64,000 bases of DNA from a virus. Taxonomy: Duplodnaviria > Caudoviricetes. The notes beneath the pieces are model-generated. The model saw only the letters and a list, made by a program, of their open reading frames with translations. It was not told where the DNA came from and did no database searches. Below, in pieces: positions 39,790-50,256 of the stretch (its first letter is position 1; each line of letters begins with the position of its first letter). The translations under genes and the position numbers were made by a program. Where the stretch lies: IMG/VR virus record IMGVR_UViG_3300021363_000005, positions 1,711 through 65,710 of that record; one strand, given 5' to 3'.

Positions 39790-41228
39790 TCCTGTTTGCT
39801 AGGTTTGACGACGTAGTCCTTACGCACCCAGCCGAGGCTGGGATCGCCCCGAATGTGCTCGGGGATCAGGCGACTATAGGCCATGCACTTGCCGCACAGC
39901 CGATAGCCCTCGTCGTAGTCGTAAGTCCATTCGTGCTCGTCGCGCCTACACTGCACATCGTGGTGCAGGTAATTACGCCAGTGCTGCATCACTTCATGAG
40001 CGCGCCGCCGCGTAGCCGTGCGGAACTGCCGCTCGATGTACTGCACCGGCTTTTCTTTGGGCACCCGCAGGACAAGGCGATGGTAGTCCATCTTCGCCCG
40101 CCGCCCGGTCAGCCCGGTGCGGATCGTCCCGGCGGGCTGCACGTGGTGGCTATCGATGGGCACTTCGTTCAGGCAGGCAAGAACGGTGACGATCCAGCGC
40201 ATCATGCCGGTGAACTCGGTGGTCTCTTGCACCATCAGGCTGGCGATGGTGTCGAACACCACCTTGTCTCCCGCCGATGCGACGAACGTCTCCATGACTT
40301 GCCGCATGCGCCCGGTGCCCAACACGCCATGGCGCATCAGGAACTCGGGCAGACGCAGCTCTTTCATCTGCGTCATCTTCTCGATCATCGTGCTGCGGCC
40401 GCCCGCCGAGTAGCCCCACAACGATGCCGGCCCCAACTGCTGCAGCATGTATATTTCATTCTCGGACATTTCCAGAATACGGGCGGCGGCATCGGGTTGG
40501 TCGAGTGCCACGAACGGACGGCAGCCGGTGCCTTTGCCATCCTGTCCGGAAAACGCATACTCGCGCACGCTGAAGAAATAGCAGATCGTCGTGCCGATCA
40601 GGCCGTGCGCACCGAACGTCTCGCACACCATCTCGACCACCGCCTCGGTGTTGCTGAGACGGCGGATGATCAGGCCGAGGCGGTCGGCAACCTCGTCCCA
40701 GTTGAACTTGCTGTTGTCCGCGTTGTGCAGCTCGCGCATGACCTCGACCTTGGTCTTAAGGTCGAACTCGATCCACGTGATGTCGTATGGCAAGGTGGCG
40801 TATTGCAGACGGGTCAGCAGCTTCTCGGGTTTGGTGGTCGTCGACACTTCCGTGGCGTAGCGCACGAAGTCGTTGTCGAGCACGAAGCGGTGGGCCTTCA
40901 GCATGTCCTGCCGGTACGACCGCAGGATCGGCTCGATCTCCTTGGCTTGATGCCGGTTGAGACTGAGCCGCTTGGGCAGGGTGTAGGTCTCGGCGACGAA
41001 GAGGTCGGCAAGGCTTGCTTCATCCTTGTCGCGCATGACCTTGTCGACCGCTTTGACGGCGGCCGGATGGCCCGCCATCAGGGCTTCGCTGAAGTCGACG
41101 GCCGACGAGCGGCCGCCGCTTGGTGATGGTATCGTACCCGCCGGCAGCTTGATGGTGCCAGACTTCAGGATCCGTCTGATTTCGGGATGCCGTCTTTGCG
41201 CGGCTTGCCGTCCTTTGTATTTCGCCAT
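39786..41228 (-). CDS. 480-aa hypothetical protein with C-terminal R.H.V..HWR motif
   Basis: RRAHEVMQHWR...IPEHIRGDPSLG; RBS adjacent to motif B. Confidence 0.65.
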   Translation of the reverse strand: MAKYKGRQAAQRRHPEIRRILKSGTIKLPAGTIPSPSGGRSSAVDFSEALMAGHPAAVKAVDKVMRDKDEASLADLFVAETYTLPKRLSLNRHQAKEIEPILRSYRQDMLKAHRFVLDNDFVRYATEVSTTTKPEKLLTRLQYATLPYDITWIEFDLKTKVEVMRELHNADNSKFNWDEVADRLGLIIRRLSNTEAVVEMVCETFGAHGLIGTTICYFFSVREYAFSGQDGKGTGCRPFVALDQPDAAARILEMSENEIYMLQQLGPASLWGYSAGGRSTMIEKMTQMKELRLPEFLMRHGVLGTGRMRQVMETFVASAGDKVVFDTIASLMVQETTEFTGMMRWIVTVLACLNEVPIDSHHVQPAGTIRTGLTGRRAKMDYHRLVLRVPKEKPVQYIERQFRTATRRRAHEVMQHWRNYLHHDVQCRRDEHEWTYDYDEGYRLCGKCMAYSRLIPEHIRGDPSLGWVRKDYVVKPSKQE

Positions 41229-41347
41229 CCTTTAACTCCGGGGGTTGAAGTATTGCTCGTAGGTCACGCGGGGTTCCGGCCACAGCGCCAGAACTCCCAT
41301 CAGCACACCGCCCAGCACGAACGCAGCGATCAACCAGTCGACGTATC

Positions 41348-41545
41348 TCATCGCGGGTTGAGCATGCGGTGCAGATCGAACGCCAGACGCCCCTCCCTGA
41401 CCAGCTCACGCAGCCGCTCGATGTCGTTCATGCTGCCGACGTAGCAGTAGTGATCGTGACATTCCTTCATGTTGCCGAGCACCGTCTCGCTATAGGTGAG
41501 AAGCAGATCGAAGTTCTTGAACTCCATAGGTTTCTCTTTGACCAT
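41348..41545 (-). CDS. small hypothetical protein
   Basis: AACAGGAGAG RBS; could instead start at MEFKN. Confidence 0.5.
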   Translation of the reverse strand: MVKEKPMEFKNFDLLLTYSETVLGNMKECHDHYCYVGSMNDIERLRELVREGRLAFDLHRMLNPR

Positions 41546-41572
41546 GATACTCTCCTGTTAACATAATGTCAA
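41544..41572 (-). promoter_or_regulatory. sigma70-like promoter whose -35 is an arm of motif A
   Basis: TTGACA (41572-41567) - 17 bp - TATCAT (41549-41544). Confidence 0.5.
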
Positions 41573-41745
41573 GTGGATAACTTTAGTTGTCGGCGGCTGC
41601 GACCAAGGAAGCAGCAGCCGCCGCTCTGGGATCTTTTAGGGGGGTTATCGCTTTTTCTTTCCGAGGAACTTAACGGTCAGCCATGCGACCAGCACCGGAA
41701 AGCACATCCCGATGATGATCATCAGGACTTGCAGCGCCTGCTCTA

Positions 41746-42036
41746 TCATTTGTTTTTGCCGTTCTTGATCCACGCCCGGTGATAACCGAGCGCGCGCCCC
41801 GCTGCTTCCAACGTGGCGTTCTGGGGTCGTCGGGTCTTGCCCTCGAACCATGCCTTGACGCAGCCGGCGGTTGGTCCGCCTTCTTCTTGGACTTCCTTGT
41901 AGTCTGCCTTCGTCAAGTTGCGCCTGCCGAAGTGGTCCTGCATGACGGTGCGGATTTCGTCGATGGCCGGATCCTTTGTCCGGAACATGTAAGCCGAGTA
42001 GAGCCGCATCGTTCCCTTGTTTGGTGGTCTCGCCAT
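41746..42036 (-). CDS. XRE/Cro-like HTH protein
   Basis: GGPTAGCVKAWFEGKTRRPQNATLEAAGRALG. Confidence 0.6.
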   Translation of the reverse strand: MARPPNKGTMRLYSAYMFRTKDPAIDEIRTVMQDHFGRRNLTKADYKEVQEEGGPTAGCVKAWFEGKTRRPQNATLEAAGRALGYHRAWIKNGKNK

Positions 42037-42039
42037 GAA

Positions 42040-42405
42040 CTACTTCTCCGCCTTCGGCGGCTTCAGGGCATAGACCATGGCAACGCTGCCGGGATGATGA
42101 TGGCGCTTGGTCATCAGCCCTTTCGTCACTGCCTGATTGAGGACGTGGCTGTATGACGTCGGCGACATGCCCATACTGACCACGATCTCGCGCGCTTGCT
42201 TTGCTTCTACCTCGGTGAGCTTGCGCTTCTTCATCTCCTTGACCAGCAGTTCCATGCTGTCCTGCGCGGTCAGGCGCAGCTTGCCGTTAGCCTTGGGCTC
42301 GACGTTGGGCACGTAGTTGTGCTGCACGTTGCGGGCTATCCCCGAGAGGCGTTTCAATGCCTCGCCGAGCAGCTTGTCTTCTACGAATATTTCCAGCCTA
42401 AACAT
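42040..42405 (-). CDS. possible winged-helix protein
   Basis: C-terminal AREIVVSMGMSPTSYSHVL..AV.KGL...Y.L pattern. Confidence 0.45.
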   Translation of the reverse strand: MFRLEIFVEDKLLGEALKRLSGIARNVQHNYVPNVEPKANGKLRLTAQDSMELLVKEMKKRKLTEVEAKQAREIVVSMGMSPTSYSHVLNQAVTKGLMTKRHHHPGSVAMVYALKPPKAEK

Positions 42406-42448
42406 CTATTTTCTCCGTCGTTAAGTTGAAAGGTTTACGCACTCCTAC

Positions 42449-42658
42449 TCACCAGCCCGGGTCGTATGTCAGTAGCGGGCCGATCACGATCTCGCTGTCC
42501 ACCTTGTGGCAACGAGCAAAGAACTTCTCGCCGTGCTTCTCGAACATCTCGATCATCTTCTCCTCGATGGGTCCTTCGAAATGTATCTTGCGGTCACGGC
42601 TATAGATCAGCACCCGGCCACGATGCGGGTGCTGGCTGCGCTGGATCTTGCAGATCAT
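42449..42658 (-). CDS. small hypothetical protein
   Basis: GGAGG RBS, coupled. Confidence 0.55.
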   Translation of the reverse strand: MICKIQRSQHPHRGRVLIYSRDRKIHFEGPIEEKMIEMFEKHGEKFFARCHKVDSEIVIGPLLTYDPGW

Positions 42659-43126
42659 TTAATCCTCCAGCTTTTTGGCATGCTCGAGGATCGTCTCGGC
42701 AAACAGGATGGCGTTCTGTTTGGGCATGCCGACCCATGCAATGCTCTTGCCGAAGTCGATGACGACCGTCTTGCCGCTCGGATGGATGCCGATGCCGATG
42801 CGCAGCGCACCCTCGTCATTCGCACCCAACTTGCCTTCGGGAAACTCGCCGGTCGGTCCGAGCTTGGCTGACATGGTGTCAAGCCCGCACTTGATCTTGA
42901 GCGAGCGCGGATCGTCCGGCCGTCCCGCCGTGGTGACGGCGACGCGCTGTTTGCAGACGCTACACGTCACAAGGAAATGTCCGCAGCGTTTGGCCGGATA
43001 GGGCAATAGGGTGGTGCAGGTCGGCGTCGCTCCCTCGGTCGCATCGACGTCGATACCCTCGGGATAGTCCGGATCGGGCGGGTTCTGCGGCTCGCGATTG
43101 CCATCAATCCACTCGACATTCAACAT
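42659..43126 (-). CDS. hypothetical protein, apparent fusion of two small domains
   Basis: GGAGG RBS inside motif B; Cys-rich N-half, then motif A encoding LDTMS, then GPTGEFPEG..DEG domain. Confidence 0.55.
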   Translation of the reverse strand: MLNVEWIDGNREPQNPPDPDYPEGIDVDATEGATPTCTTLLPYPAKRCGHFLVTCSVCKQRVAVTTAGRPDDPRSLKIKCGLDTMSAKLGPTGEFPEGKLGANDEGALRIGIGIHPSGKTVVIDFGKSIAWVGMPKQNAILFAETILEHAKKLED

Positions 43127-43127
43127 G

Positions 43128-43769
43128 TTAACCTCCGGAGTTAGAGAGAAGTTTCGTCTCGAATAGTTGTACGACCAGTCGGTTGGTCTCGTCGAACACC
43201 CACTGAAAGTTCTTGTAGGTTTCCTCATATCCCGCAATCGGTGGCAGACGGCGCAGGCCAGCCTCCCGACGCATTGCCTCCATGCCGGGCACGATGTCCC
43301 ATGCATGCGCGGTGTCGTAGCCCAACCACCACAGGCCGTGCGGGCAGTCGTCGTGGCACAGCTGCCATAGACGGATCCATTCCTGCCAGCCGATCAGCGT
43401 CGAGGTGTCGCCTTTGCGATCCTCGCGCAGATGACGCGCCGCGTCGCCCTGCGGGTAGAGCAGACTCTCGGTCACCCACGCCTCGCGATGCAGGCGGTAG
43501 CGGATCCACTCGTCAGCCTCCAGCGGATGGCAGTAAGCCGCATAGGTGAGCCCGCCGTGAACCTCGGCGTCGATGTCGTTGTAATCCTTGCCAGCCAGCG
43601 GATGGTTAGGTCCGAGGCCGACATAGCCGCACCACGAGCCGAGCGCGCCGCGTCGCATGGTGCAGCGCGCGCCGGTCTCCTCGTGCACCCAGATCGCCCG
43701 GTCGGGCTCGTCGTCCCATTCACCGTAAGGCCAGCCGGTGCGGTCGTTGATGTTGTCGAAGGTGTCCAT
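43128..43769 (-). CDS. hypothetical protein (WCGYV / VHGGLTY / WWLGYD family pattern)
   Basis: GEWDDEPD, WCGYVG..HP, VHGGLTY, WWLGYDTAH; GGAGGAG RBS. Confidence 0.7.
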   Translation of the reverse strand: MDTFDNINDRTGWPYGEWDDEPDRAIWVHEETGARCTMRRGALGSWCGYVGLGPNHPLAGKDYNDIDAEVHGGLTYAAYCHPLEADEWIRYRLHREAWVTESLLYPQGDAARHLREDRKGDTSTLIGWQEWIRLWQLCHDDCPHGLWWLGYDTAHAWDIVPGMEAMRREAGLRRLPPIAGYEETYKNFQWVFDETNRLVVQLFETKLLSNSGG

Positions 43770-43779
43770 AGCTCCTCCG

Positions 43780-44574
43780 TCATACCCAGCTCTCGACAAT
43801 GCAAGGATCGTCGTCGAGTTGACGATTGACGCAGGTCAGCCCCATCTCGACCAGACTTTGGCGTAACGCCGCCAGCGCCTTATCGCTGATCGGCGTGGCG
43901 ATAGCCTCAGCCGAGTGGATCGTCCTGCCTGCCTCGATGTCCCAACCGCGCACCACGTAGTGACCGGGTGCATCCTTGGGGTCCTTGAAGATCGTGTAGC
44001 CGAAGCATCGTTCCATCACTTCCTCCGTAGCAAAAAATCCCATGTGAACAGCCAGAGCAACCACATGCCTCGGCGTTTCTTTGGTTTGCGGATCATTTGT
44101 CCTTCCGTCGCTTTTGCATTTCACGGACTGCCCATTGCACGGCCGAGGCTTTTCTCTTCCATTCGAGAGGCAGACTGATCAGTTCGTTGTCGGTGATCGG
44201 TCGCCATGCCGGTCCGTCTTTGCCGAGGTCCAGCACGTAAAGCTCGGCACAATTCATGCACACCGAGACATCGCCAATCTCCGGCAAGGCATCGCCGAAA
44301 GCCGACGACGCGCTGTCCATCTGGTAGTCGCACTTGGCGCAGCGCCATGGTTTGAAGCGGGCAACTTTCATGGGTTTTCCTTCAGGATCTCGCCCGGTCG
44401 ACCTTGCTTGCGCCATACATCGAGTATGTGCAGCGCGCGGTAGATGCGGCCGTTGATGTTGCGTGGACGGTCGTGTCCCGCATCGGAAATCTGCCTGATC
44501 ACGAGCGGTGTGCCATCCTCGTTGTCGACGATGGAGCAAACGACGCCGCTCAGTTCGTAGCGATAAAATTTCAT
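43780..44574 (-). CDS. three small hypothetical genes (43780-~44124, 44093-44371 Zn-finger-like, 44368-44574)
   Basis: Coupled ORFs; CAKC..CMNC in the middle gene; starts uncertain. Confidence 0.5.
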
Positions 44575-44687
44575 GGTCGATCTCCTACACGTCTCAAAGC
44601 GACAGCAGGGGCGGGGCAAACGTCATTGCGGACGTCACCCCGTTGGACGGCTATGTCCCCGCCCCCACCGCACCCGGCCCTTGGTCA

Positions 44688-47600
44688 CTACCGGGTGCTA
44701 TTTCTTTTTGACATTTTGTCAATACGCGCTTGTCGCGCCACGACAATCTCGTAGGCTTGGTGCGAACCCAAGCGATGGCACATCTTGACCCACCGCTTAC
44801 GTTCGCTCTCGTCGTCCGGCGCACCGGTCAGTGCGCGCCAGCGGGCGAAGTCGTATTCGAGTTCCAGCGCCCACATCATCAACGTCTCCTCACGCGCACC
44901 TGCTTGGTCCGCTCGCGACCATGCAGGGTGTAGCGCAGGATGGCAGTGAAGATGTAGATGCCGTGGTGCCAGCGCATGACGACGAAGTTCATGCGTGTTG
45001 GCCACGGTCTGCCCGTCAGGGTCATGGTGGTGGCCCCCTTACTTTGCGCCGCCATGCCTCACGACGAGCGAACTTGATGCGTTGCTTCTCGCGGAACTCG
45101 TCGAGCGACAGCATCTCCTGCCGCCACCACGCAATCAGTCGTTTGATCAGGAACATGATCAACCTCCCGTCTTGATGAACGGCGCGTCGTGGTTCTTCTG
45201 GGTGTACTCCTGCCCGCGTCCCTCGCCCAAGCCAGCACCGCTGCGCTCGAAGCACGGCTTGCACAAGGTGGCCCATGAGCCACCGCGTGAGACGCGCGCA
45301 TCGTAGAGTTTATGGGTGATCTTCTTCAGGCAGACGTTGCACATCCTGTCGCCCGTCCACGTCTTTGGTATCCGTGCCATCTTCATTGTCCCTTCGTTGC
45401 TTTCATCTGAACGTCCCCATGCGCGCTCGCTCGGAACGCTGCGCCATCGCCTTGACCTGATCGAGCTCGCGTTGCAAGTGGATAACTTCATCGCACAACG
45501 CGATAACGGTTTGCCGCAGAACGTCGCCGGTCGGCCCATCCTTGCGGATGGTAGCGAGCAGCATCTGCAGTCGTCGATTGTCTTTCATGGTTGCCTCTCC
45601 CGAAGGGCGCGCGCTACCGCACTTGAAACCCAAGCGTTCATCGACGTGCCGTCGGCTTCAGCGGCAGCTTTGAGAAGTTTCATGAGGCGCTTGGACAATC
45701 TAATGTGGAGCTGTGGTCTTGACATGGTGTCAGTCATTCGTGAAACCCCCCGAGGAACTTGCGCAGTTCCTCGCGCTGCTGGGGATCTTCTATGCCGCGC
45801 AGCCACTGACACTCGGCGCAGATGTCCTGATCGTTGGCGGCTGGGTGCAACGCCCAGCTCACGACATGTATGCCGCAGTCGCGGCAGTCGAACTCGCGGG
45901 GTTCGCTCATCGCTTGATCCACCATGCTGATGGTCCCTGCTCCTCGACAAAGGCCGAGCAGGCGTAGAAGAAAATCAGGATGCACAGCACGAGCCCGATC
46001 AGCTTGGCTGCGGACCACAGGAAATCAGTGAACTCTTCCATGTCAGGGCTCCTCCTTGGGATGTGGCCTGCCGTAGAGCGGCAGCTCGACGATGGGGTAC
46101 CAGAAGCCATTGTCAGGCAGGGGATGGTCATCGAGCCGGCGCTTCTCGATGTCCTTGAAAATGGTGGCGCGCGCCGGATTTCTGGTCCAGCGATGGGCCA
46201 CCATGGTGGTGCCGAGCATGTCGAGCTCGCATTCGAGATACATCGGCATGTGCGCAATGTCGTTAAGAGTTTCCCCTTTAACGATCATATACATCGGCTG
46301 GTCGTAGCCCGTGAGGTGCTGCAACCAGCGGCGAACCGACAACAGGATTTTGTTGAATGGCATGTCTTCTCCCCTCATTCGATGAACACCCGATAGGCTT
46401 CGACATTGAGGCGCAGGCGCGCCGCGATGATGGTGTGTTGCAGCTCCATGGCGTGGACGATGACTTCGAAATCATCGTGACTGAGATTGGCGCGGATCAA
46501 CACCTGCGCCATCGCCGGTACGTCGGCGATGGCGTTACGCAACTCACACAACTTGAAGAAGTCCATGGTGATGCGCAGCGCCAAGCCTTTGCTGATTTCC
46601 CATTCATCCTTTGGTGGTTCTTCGGTCATGGATCCCTCGTGCATTGGTAGTATTGAAAGAGCAGCAAGCAGCCCACCCAGAACGACACGCCGACGCCGTA
46701 GAAGACAGCGACGTCGTGCAGCAGTGCGCCATAGAGTTCTTCGTTCATCATGGCTTATGACCTATTCTTGGGTGGATGGGCCTCGGCCTGAAGCACAGCA
46801 TTCCAGAAGGAAGCCCACTTGGAGTGTCCGAAGCCCCGGAAGATGTGATAGCTCATGACGATCCATCTCATTACAGGGCTCAAAAAACCGGCAGGCGGGG
46901 TCGCATCGCCGAGACGATGCTGTCCCACTGGTCACGGGTCAGCCAGATCCCGGCAGAGATATGGCCGTCCTTGTCGCTCACGGTGAGGGCGACGCCGTCG
47001 TAGAGTACCCAGACGTCGACGTCGCAATCCTTGTTGGCGATCAGCGGTAGGGGTTGGGCACGCAGGTTCATTGGTCATTCCTCCTGAAAGACATGCCGGG
47101 GGGTTTGAGGTTGGGCTCGCACTTGCAACGGAACTGCTTCTCGCCGCGACTGCAGTAGTGCGCGGCCTCGAGCTGGCACAGCATCTCGGTCTCGAAGCCG
47201 TACTGGATGAAGCCTTGCGGCGGCAGCAGCCCGGTCATCAGCACGATCAGTGCCCATGTTGGTTCTGACATGATGTCAATTCTCCTCGGGGTTCTCCGGA
47301 TCACCGAAGACGAAGCGGCCCGTCATCGATCCGTCGATGGGGTCGGTCGTCTGCACATCGTCGCTCAGCTTGGTGTGCCGCCACGTCTCGCGTGAGCGGT
47401 TGGCACCCAGCACTTTTAGGATCTCGATCATGGTCGACTGCTGCATCATGGTGTTGGTCTCGCGGTCGTAGTGCAGCATCTGGAACATCATCACCTCGTC
47501 GCGGTCGGGGTGGTCGCCGAGGTTGGGATACTTCTCGACGTTGCGATCAAGCACGCCCTTGTTTTTAGTGCGCAGCGCCCACGCCTCGGAGCAGAACACC

Positions 47601-48220
47601 GAAGCGTAGGTGCCGGGCACCAAGGCAGCGATCTTGTGGATGAACGCCGTGGCATCCTTGCTCTGGGTGCTGCCCCAGTTGCCGCCGGTCGCCTTGGATA
47701 CGTCGACGACGCCCATGTCGCCGCCCTTCATAAAGCCAACGATGCGGGGCGCGAACTCGTCGTTGCGGTGCAGCTCGGACAAGGCTTGCGAGCGCAGCGT
47801 TGGCAGCGCCTTGGTGTTCCACCAATCGCGCACTTCGGGCGAGCAGGCGACGGCTGTGGGCTTGATCGTGCGCAGTATGTCGAGCAGGGGATCGAGGTTT
47901 ACTTTGCGTGTGTTCATGACTTTCTCCTTCATGAGGTTGGTTTAGCCCGCCCGTTGAGGCGGATGCGCTGCACCGCCTTGCCGTCGGCATAGTCGGGCAA
48001 CGGCACAAGCGGTGGTCGTTTGCTGCGCTGCGCCTTGGCCTTGAGGACGGGCGCTTGCGGCTGCAGGGCTCGCAGGATCAGCGAGAGCAGCCAGATCTCG
48101 TGACTGACGGCGAGCGTCGGCAGGCCGACCACGGTAATGTTGTGGGGCTGGCTCGCTACAGTGATCTCGATCAGGCCGTCGTCGATGAAGTCGACGACAA
48201 CACGATGGGTTCTTTTCATG
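44688..48220 (-). other. dense array of very small early genes (30-220 aa), mostly hypothetical
   Basis: Overlapping start/stop codons and GGAG-type RBSs on the - strand, e.g. 45403-45588, 46043-46363, 46375-46629, 46880-47071, 47068-47271, 47276-47932. Confidence 0.55.
45585..45737 (-). CDS. ribbon-helix-helix (Arc/HicB-like) DNA-binding protein
   Basis: PQLHIRLSKRLMKLLKAAAEADGTSMNAWV; motif A overlaps its first codons. Confidence 0.7.
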   Translation of the reverse strand: MTDTMSRPQLHIRLSKRLMKLLKAAAEADGTSMNAWVSSAVARALRERQP

Positions 48221-48325
48221 GCTGGTTTTGCGCCTCCTTGTCGAGCGCCGGGCAGCGCGTGCGTAGCAGCAGGGGCATACTCTACTCTGTCGCTACGCAC
48301 GGGTGCCGCCCGGGTACTCGGTTGA

Positions 48326-49075
48326 TTAACCTCCGGAGTTAGCAATCGGAGGCGTGATCTTGACCTTGGCGAGTTTCTCTTTCTTGTTGTCAGCCTTGGC
48401 CTGTTTGGCCTTATCTTTGGCCTCGGCCTTCTGCTTCTTGGTGCCGCCGAGTTCCTTGACCATTTTCTCGAGGATGTCGCAGCACTTGTAGATCTCGGGG
48501 TAGTCGTAGCCTTCGTTGAGTTTGAGGATGCGCTCGCGCTCTGCCCAGAACTTCTCGGCAAGGTCTTTCTTCTTAACCTTGGTCGAGTGGTCGGCCATGG
48601 TGCCGTCGATGTCCTTGTCGGCAAGGGCATGCTTGGGCTTGTTGTTCTGGGCACGGGCAAAGCCGAGCAGCAGCTCCCAGATGCGGCCTGACTTGACGGT
48701 GCCGTTCGAGCGCAGGTGCTTCATGCGCTCGACGGCGCGATGCAGCACGGCAGGTCCGTCGTAGTTGGGATTACGGCCGAGGATGATGAAATGCTTGATG
48801 TCGGAGGCACGCTGCTTGAATTGCTGGGTTTCCCTGATGTCGTTGCCGCCGACGTCTAAAAGCTCCTCGCCGGCACCCTCGATGATCTCGGACCATGCCC
48901 GTTTGTTGTCGTCCTCGTCGAACAGGCCCTCCTTGGCTTTGCGGGCGATCAGCTCGGCGGCGCGCAGGCGTGCCGTCTTGCCTTTGCCCTCGGAGCGGCC
49001 GATCTCGCGCAGTTCAGCAAACGCTGCCGCTTTGGCAGCGTCGATGTTGGACGCAGTTGGTGTATTGTCGGTCAT
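48326..49075 (-). CDS. 249-aa helical hypothetical protein (paralog of 52250-53002)
   Basis: AAACAGGAGAG RBS; motif A upstream and motif B at the stop. Confidence 0.7.
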   Translation of the reverse strand: MTDNTPTASNIDAAKAAAFAELREIGRSEGKGKTARLRAAELIARKAKEGLFDEDDNKRAWSEIIEGAGEELLDVGGNDIRETQQFKQRASDIKHFIILGRNPNYDGPAVLHRAVERMKHLRSNGTVKSGRIWELLLGFARAQNNKPKHALADKDIDGTMADHSTKVKKKDLAEKFWAERERILKLNEGYDYPEIYKCCDILEKMVKELGGTKKQKAEAKDKAKQAKADNKKEKLAKVKITPPIANSGG

Positions 49076-49215
49076 TCAGCTCTCCTGTTTACTTGACATG
49101 ATGTCAGATGGAGTGGTGCAAAGTCCATGGCGTCAAAAGCAATACACGGCACATCGACGTGCGCCACTACGGGGGAGTGGGAGCGCACGTCGATGGCCAT
49201 TGGCATCACCTCCTT

Positions 49216-49497
49216 TCAACGGTAGCGACGATTGTCATCGTCGGTGTCATCCATTTTCGGCGGACTGGTGTCGGTCGGGCAGTGCTCAACCGGAATGCCG
49301 TACTTGCCGACGTCGACGGTGTAGCAGCCGTCGCCGGAAGCGATCACCGACGGTGCGCGCTGTGGTGTCGAGCAGTCGACCTGCGTGCACGGCGGGTTGC
49401 CGAGGTAGTGACCGGGCTTGGTGAAGTCGTTCTGTTGAGCGAGCGATAGCTCGTATGACGACAGCAGGATAACGATAGTGACTAAGGAAGTTCTCAC
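49216..49497 (-). CDS. small secreted Cys-containing protein
   Basis: AGGAG RBS, GTG start, signal-peptide-like N-terminus. Confidence 0.55.
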   Translation of the reverse strand: MRTSLVTIVILLSSYELSLAQQNDFTKPGHYLGNPPCTQVDCSTPQRAPSVIASGDGCYTVDVGKYGIPVEHCPTDTSPPKMDDTDDDNRRYR

Positions 49498-49509
49498 TTT
49501 ATTTCTCCT

Positions 49510-49857
49510 TTACTTGTTGGATTTTGCCGCGACGACTTCGAGGAGTTCGCGGTGTTGACGATCACGCTTGGCGATCTGTTCGTTGGTCTCGCCGGTGCAT
49601 GCCCAAATGAACGAGCCAAGCCAGCCGACAAGCGTCCAGCCGAAAAACAGATTGACGAAGAACACGCCACCGGTTCCGGTCGCCTTGCCGCGAGACATCG
49701 CGATGATGGTCGGGATGAAGTAGATCAGAAGGCAGATGCCGATCAGCAGTAAACCCGCACCCGCACTGGCGGGGTCGGAACTAGAAGCGGCGAGCGATGG
49801 CTCGCACGATGCCAGCAATGAGCCGGCGATAATGGTAGTGACCAAGGAAGTTCTCAC
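49510..49857 (-). CDS. superinfection immunity protein (T4 Imm family)
   Basis: IYFIPTIIA..R....VFFVNLFFGWTLVGWLGSFIWA signature; GTG start at 49857. Confidence 0.85.
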   Translation of the reverse strand: MRTSLVTTIIAGSLLASCEPSLAASSSDPASAGAGLLLIGICLLIYFIPTIIAMSRGKATGTGGVFFVNLFFGWTLVGWLGSFIWACTGETNEQIAKRDRQHRELLEVVAAKSNK

Positions 49858-49993
49858 TTTACTTATCCTTCTTGTTGTGTCCGAACAGCGTTCGGATGGC
49901 GACCACGGCAATGATGGTGCCGCAGATCATTGAAAGGGCAATCAGCCCGCTGATACTCATAATTTCCTCCTTGACATAATGTCAGGAGAGAAA

Positions 49994-50240
49994 CCCCTGC
50001 CTGCCCGCAGAGCCCGCAAAGACAACTGCGAGCAGGCAAGGGAACCCGGCTGCCGTGACGCTCCCAGACCAGCAGCCGGTAGATCCCCGGTGTTCGGGTG
50101 CGAGTGTCACCGAGGGAACTGGGACACTCCTATGCACCGGGGCTCATTAGAATAAAAAGGACCGCCGACGACGACGGGGGAGTTGTGCCGTCGGCGGCCA
50201 AGTTAACGCCCGCCTCCCACGGAGATGAGGTGCAGGCGTT
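49994..50240 (-). ncRNA. candidate structured RNA: five consecutive stem-loops
   Basis: Stems 49994-50042, 50046-50079, 50085-50142, 50162-50197, 50205-50240; strand inferred from flanking genes and U-tract. Confidence 0.45.
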
Positions 50241-50256
50241 TCACGATTTACACGGA

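Noticed and set aside
30696-45737. HicA-like (30696) and RHH (45585) genes as a HicAB toxin-antitoxin pair
   Set aside because: They are 15 kb apart, and the RHH protein lacks a HicB N-terminal domain
49994-50240. tRNA genes in the hairpin-rich intergenic regions
   Set aside because: No cloverleaf with a T-loop GTTCRA and acceptor stem could be built
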